Below are positions 59,101 through 64,000 of a DNA stretch of 64,000 nucleotides, piece after piece. The position numbers and the translations under genes were made by a program. Source of the stretch: Xylographa opegraphella (Eukaryota). Position 1 is the stretch's first letter; every line of letters starts with the position of its first letter. The DNA is taken from NCBI GenBank assembly GCA_022813865.1, contig JALDZX010000042.1, positions 62,001 through 126,000 on the forward strand, written 5' to 3'. The notes beneath the pieces were generated by a model. It was given only the letters and a program-made list of their open reading frames with translations. It had not been told where the DNA came from and ran no database searches.

Positions 59101-61637
59101 TCGTGATCAAGTTAGATGGCAGGGTCTAACAGCTCTAAACTGGCTGATTAATTCACTTTATTCTCCGGATGGCAATGACAGCAAGGCCTCGAAAGCCTGC
59201 GAGCAGGATCTCCACAACTTAGCCCTCGAGACATTGCATGGCGTTCTTGAACAATATGGCGACTTGCTAAATCTTGGCTGGAACCAGGTCTTCTCGATCG
59301 TTTCTAGCGTTTTCAAGCAAACCTCAAATCTGTGCGAGGGATCCATCACCCAGGGTCAGATTGACTCAATCCTTCCAGTGGTAGTTCTTACAAAGTCTCC
59401 TAAACTCGTTAGATCGGCTTTTGGCTCATTACAGCTTATCGGCACTGAATTTTTGAGCTCTGTACCGAAAGAATGCCTTTCGAAGTTGCTTCTCACAATG
59501 TATTATTTCTGTTGTCAACAGGATGACTTCAATATCTCTTTGACAGTACGCTTATGGTGAATCTATCGGTACTCAACTGGCAGCGCTGATCGTGTATAGT
59601 CGACAACCTTGTTTTTGAATGTCTCAGATCACCTCTGGATTGACAAAGAAACCTTGAATCTCCAGAATTGGAGTGATGAGTTCGATACCATGCCTCAAAA
59701 CGAGCCTTGGACGAAAACTGGAGATGACACAACCGAACACGCCATTATATGGCTACGGCTCCTCCTGCTTTTGGTGGACTCAACAACAGACCGCCGAGTT
59801 GAAGTGAGACACGGTAAGTTAGTCTTATCCGCTCAGGTGCACTCGTACTGATGTATCTCAAGGTGCCCTCCACACGATCTTTAGAATACTGGATGCCAGC
59901 GTCGAGAAGCTTCGACCCGAAGATTTAATTGCATGTCTTCAACTAGTCGTTCTGAGACTATTAGACCGGAATGAAGCAGCATATCAAATTTGTAAAGTAT
60001 CGCACACTTCCGATCAGCTGAAGGAGCTTCATGCCTGGAATGAAACTGCTGGTATTATGTTGAACGATGTATCTGGCCTGATCGGGCAGGCCCTACAAAC
60101 AACGGTCAAGGAGGCACGCTTTCAGGCCACATGGGGTTGTTTCGGACAATATCTACAAAGCTTTTTGCAACGTCATTCACTCAGTTTGAGTGCTGCCGTA
60201 TATTCTTCAATCGGCACAATACTATCAGCAGGGAATCAGAAGGCTGATATCTTCCCGTGCACGATCCTCGCCTGGAACTTATGGCGGATGGAGAATCCAG
60301 TTCATCATACAGATCCACAAGCAGGCAGACAGGAAGATAACCAAGTAGCTCTTTTGGCTTACGTCCGGTGCTTCGCACAAATCTATGCTGTGGTGGGTGA
60401 CGCGATTGATGCAAAGCAGGTCTCTTCCGTACTGGAGCAACTCCTCATATGTGCTACCTTGTCAACTCCCACACCCTATAGTGGCGACATTGACAATATG
60501 AGCCCACTTCAGCATGAGATTATAAGCTCTCTCCGGATGATCCGCACGGGTAATGTGGGTACAGCAGCTGCACTTATCAGTTCCATGGCGTCTTTTGTTA
60601 CACTACCATATCGCACAGACGACACACAATCAGAGCGACGAGGGCCTACCTTTGTTGCTCTATCCAAAGTGATTATGGATTTGCTTAATGAATGTGTCGG
60701 GGTTCATATCAACGACAAGTCATTGTATTCAGGCAGTAGCCTTTCAGAAGCTTTGAGCTCTCTTATTATGTCTATCAGCTTGAAGTACAGCTGGCATATT
60801 GATGGGAAGGACCCTCCCCTGTGGAAGAAAGCAACCACAACTATATTGGATATCTTGAAGGAAATTATTCCAAAGCTAAATCAGCTCCGAAGCCAGGATT
60901 CGGATATATCACCCATTTGGAAAACTATTGTGGACAGTTGTGATGCCATCATCTCGGCCAGTCAGGCCGCCTTCGTCGTCCAAGCAGATATCAGGGTTGA
61001 CGAGAAATTCGATATTGCTGCATTTCATGAATTGCACAACCTGATTGTTCCGGTACTCGGGTCGAATTATGTGACTGACAAACTTCGCCAATCATTTAGC
61101 GAGTCTCTGTTCAGAAATTCCATCATACATGAGCCACATCCAGACGATCTTCCGCATCCAGATCATGCGCTCCTGAATTGCTTGCAAAGTACCCATATCG
61201 GCCGTACCCAAGACCTACCGCCATCATCCCGCTCTAGATTGGCATATGTGCTCATAGATAAGCTCTTTGACCTTGTCGCTGAACATGATGGTTCGATAGA
61301 ACGAGTGAAGTTGGCTCAGGCTACAGCACCGTACCTCATTTTACGCGTTGGCATTGTATTAAAGACATATGTCTTCGATCAGCCACTTCGTGGGTTAATG
61401 CCTCAACCGACTTCACAAAAGGTGGAAATGCTTTATATTCTCTCTCGACTAGTTGAACTTGATTGCGAACCAAAGGCTATTCCGGAGTCACCAGGCGTGG
61501 GTTCGGAGCATAAGAAACATTTGTACCGCCTTTATGGACTTGCGACAAAGGCGCTACGGGTTGCCAGACGAAACGAAGAGATGCACAAGGCACTCACACA
61601 GGTTATAGAGACGGTGTCTTTGGATTTCGGAGTCTAG
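56193..61637 (+). CDS. MON2: Mon2 endosomal/Golgi Sec7-family scaffold, about 8 exons
   Basis: MTAQILASELAILIQESKRKN, LDIQLKILQALPSLLQNY, VSNTAAATLQQL, CIEQLDKLDPP, PRDAFLTTLGKNAVP, LNTRNLLCLRAL, QQDDFNISLT, DQPLRGLMPQP. Confidence 0.94.
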
Positions 61638-62724
61638 CGGAGAGAAATTGGCTTAAGACGTCACATACGCATAGTGACAGGATCTCAGCACTGGTTTGAT
61701 GATACTAGCTATAAGGGGTCTTGGATTAAGTGCTTGGTCGCTCCGATCGTCTGCATGTAATCTGAAAGCCTTTTGATCGGTTTGACAAGCATGGTCAGCT
61801 GTAACGCATATGCTCATACTTCACAGAATTCTAGATCCATGTGCTCAGCTATTTTAAATCATGATTCGTATGAGGTCTCGTTAGATGTCTGCAGTCCTCA
61901 AGTAGCGATTTACTTAAAGTCCACGTGTTTGACTGTTCCATCCTCTCCAAGATGAACGTTCATTCTCAAAAGTCTCAGCAGTCTGCTTCTCCCATCACCG
62001 CTGCAGCTGAACTCACCTATCTTTATTGAAGTCCTGAGTAGCCATAGAACCCGGCTCGAGGATTCTGTGCTGTTTAGGGAGGTCTTGCCGGGCGAAGCTC
62101 TAGAGTAAAGTCAACACGTGTTCAACATGCTGAAAACGTGATACAGAAGAGGGTCCGGGATACCGTTTCATCATGCTTGTCGCCTAGTTTCTTGCCTGCC
62201 AGTTTGCTGAGCCATTGCGATTGCTGATTGTCTCCCGTGAGACTGGAGTTGATGCCTGGGACGACAAGAGGCATCTTGAATATTTGTATTCGATTTATTT
62301 GACTAGAGGTCTGCTATGATTTGGGGTTTGGGGTTGACGTTGAAGCACTGGATATATAGTCGTGGGAACCAAGATATTTAGGTACTTACTCTATCAAGCC
62401 GGATATGTCACGTAGCCGTAAGGTACCAAGTACCAAAGTACGAAGCTACCCGGTGATAGCTTAGCGACACTGGGTTCTCAACGAAGGCGCGATGTTCGGA
62501 CTTCACGATCGAGCATTGCAACTGATTCTACAAATGACTATTTGAGCTTCTGGAATAGTACTCCTCACGACTTCTGATCATATGCCTGTTTGTCGAAGAA
62601 GTGGGTCTCTGGTCTAGCATACATAGACTTGTACGAGAAACTACTTGTATTTGGTTCATGAGTTGTTACTAGTGGACTTCGACGGTGCTTCTCTCCTTTT
62701 TTCTTTGTTACATGATCGAACGAA

Positions 62725-63578
62725 ATGTCATCGGGCTTTGTATCGGGCGGCACAGCCGATGAACCTATAGAGCGTAACGATGAATGGTTAGAAGCGCAAA
62801 AAGAGCTGGAAGCTGCACGAAGACGTAAGGAGGAGGACAGTAGGCAGACTGGTGGCAAGTCACTCTATGAAGTTTTACAGCAGAACAAAGGTAAATCTGT
62901 GTAGCCGAACTACGTGCTTCGTGAGGCTTGCTTGTGGACTGACACATCAGTTACCTTTATCTGACAGCTGCAAAGCAAGATGCTTTTGAAGAGTCTCTTC
63001 GACTGAAAAATCAATTTCGCAATCTCGATGAGGATGAGATTGAATTTCTGGACTCGGTGCTGGAGTCTACCAGAGCAAAGGAAGAAGCGATCAAGAAGGA
63101 GACCGCTGAGCAATTAAATCTGTTCCGACGACAGCAGGAGGATGCCGATCGTGCAATGGCGCACGAAGCGGGAGAAAAGAATGCAGATTCCATACTTCCA
63201 CAATCAGGTTCGCCAGACGATGATGATTCGCAGTGGACCGTACATCGGAAGCGGAAGCGAACTAAGGAGACCGAGATAGCGAAAGGTGTCAAATTGCGCA
63301 GGTCGTCCTCAGCGATACAGTATTTTCCGACTTCAAGAAACGAGACGCGTGTATGAAATCCTTAATTGGCTAGAATGGGGCTCCGGTTTGCTGACCTACT
63401 GCTTCAGTCTATTGAAAATGATCTGGACGGTTCCAAACAACCCAGAAAGCTCGGTACAAACTCGAATGTATCATTGGTCAAGGATTCAAACATTTATTCT
63501 AGGACAGGGAAACCTTCTGCGCAGAGCCCACGACCCAAGGTTCACAGTCTCGGCTTAGACGAATACAGCTCCGATTGA
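62725..63578 (+). CDS. FAM192A/NIP30/Fyv6 N-terminal-domain protein, 3 exons
   Basis: MSSGFVSGG..EWLEAQKEL..GKSLYEVLQQNK|AAKQDAFEESLRLKNQFRNLDEDEIEFLDSVLE, C-terminal SLGLDEYSSD. Confidence 0.88.
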
Positions 63579-64000
63579 GATATCTAAATTTTCGAGTTGA
63601 CGATTGGCATTTCCTAGGAGAACTATCACAAAAAAACCGGCTCATTTCGATACTCGAAGAACGAGATGGTACAATTATTTCCACACCGATCACAGAAAGG
63701 CGACATAACAGGCCGCATACCCATACGAAGAGTACGAGCTCCTTTAGAACTGGATTCCGAAACAAAGGCAGTTGGAAAAGGCTAGATTTGAAATACCACC
63801 TTGCTGAATGCGGTCCTTGATTGCTTTCCAACGGTGAAAATTGGGACAAAGCTCTTTGACTTCGAACCACCAGAGAGGTTGAAGATCAATATAGGTAGAA
63901 ACTTGCGGCATGATCCATATTGAGTGCTGAGCAGTTCCTATCGACTGGTGCGCATTTCGTTTGGAATTTCTACGTATTCTAGAACTGGGGCATGGCTTTC

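Noticed and set aside
63499..64000. ORFs at the right edge of the window
   Set aside because: No recognisable product in any frame, and the 63499 ORF overlaps the 3' end of the Fyv6-like gene in antisense.
1..64000. tRNA, rRNA, CRISPR arrays, intact mobile elements, stop-codon readthrough signals
   Set aside because: I saw no cloverleaf/T-loop context, repeat-spacer array or LTR/TIR pair, and no TGA-CTA readthrough context at the stops I checked. This was manual inspection only.

Overview
Eukaryotic DNA: an intron-rich filamentous ascomycete (Pezizomycotina) chromosome segment. A lichen-forming Lecanoromycete is plausible but is only my impression. The supplied ORF track ignores introns, so I rebuilt the gene models by hand from GT/GC..AG boundaries and CTRAY branch sites. 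About 24 protein-coding genes are supported. Conserved genes include GCN20, a DDT/WHIM/PHD ISWI accessory factor, a GT15 mannosyltransferase, HIR1, a Yap-type bZIP, a DeSI peptidase, TRM11, a HIT hydrolase, Sir2/Hst1, ACL4, ADAL, GIR2, an LYR protein, MMS2, MON2 and a FAM192A/Fyv6-like gene. Between the PHD gene and the GT15 gene lies a largely GC-rich, nearly intronless accessory block (about 11.5-24.7 kb). It encodes three secreted proteins that seem to share a KP4/Ecp2-like C-terminal motif, a GPI-anchored aspartic protease, a single-pass surface protein and an orphan HXXXD acyltransferase. Other notable patterns are repeated local C-rich to G-rich skew switches, tandem AGGTA/AAGGTA arrays in upstream intergenic DNA, and two clear plus one possible GC-AG introns. 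I could support no tRNA, rRNA, CRISPR array or intact transposon. All family assignments come from motif recognition, not database searches.
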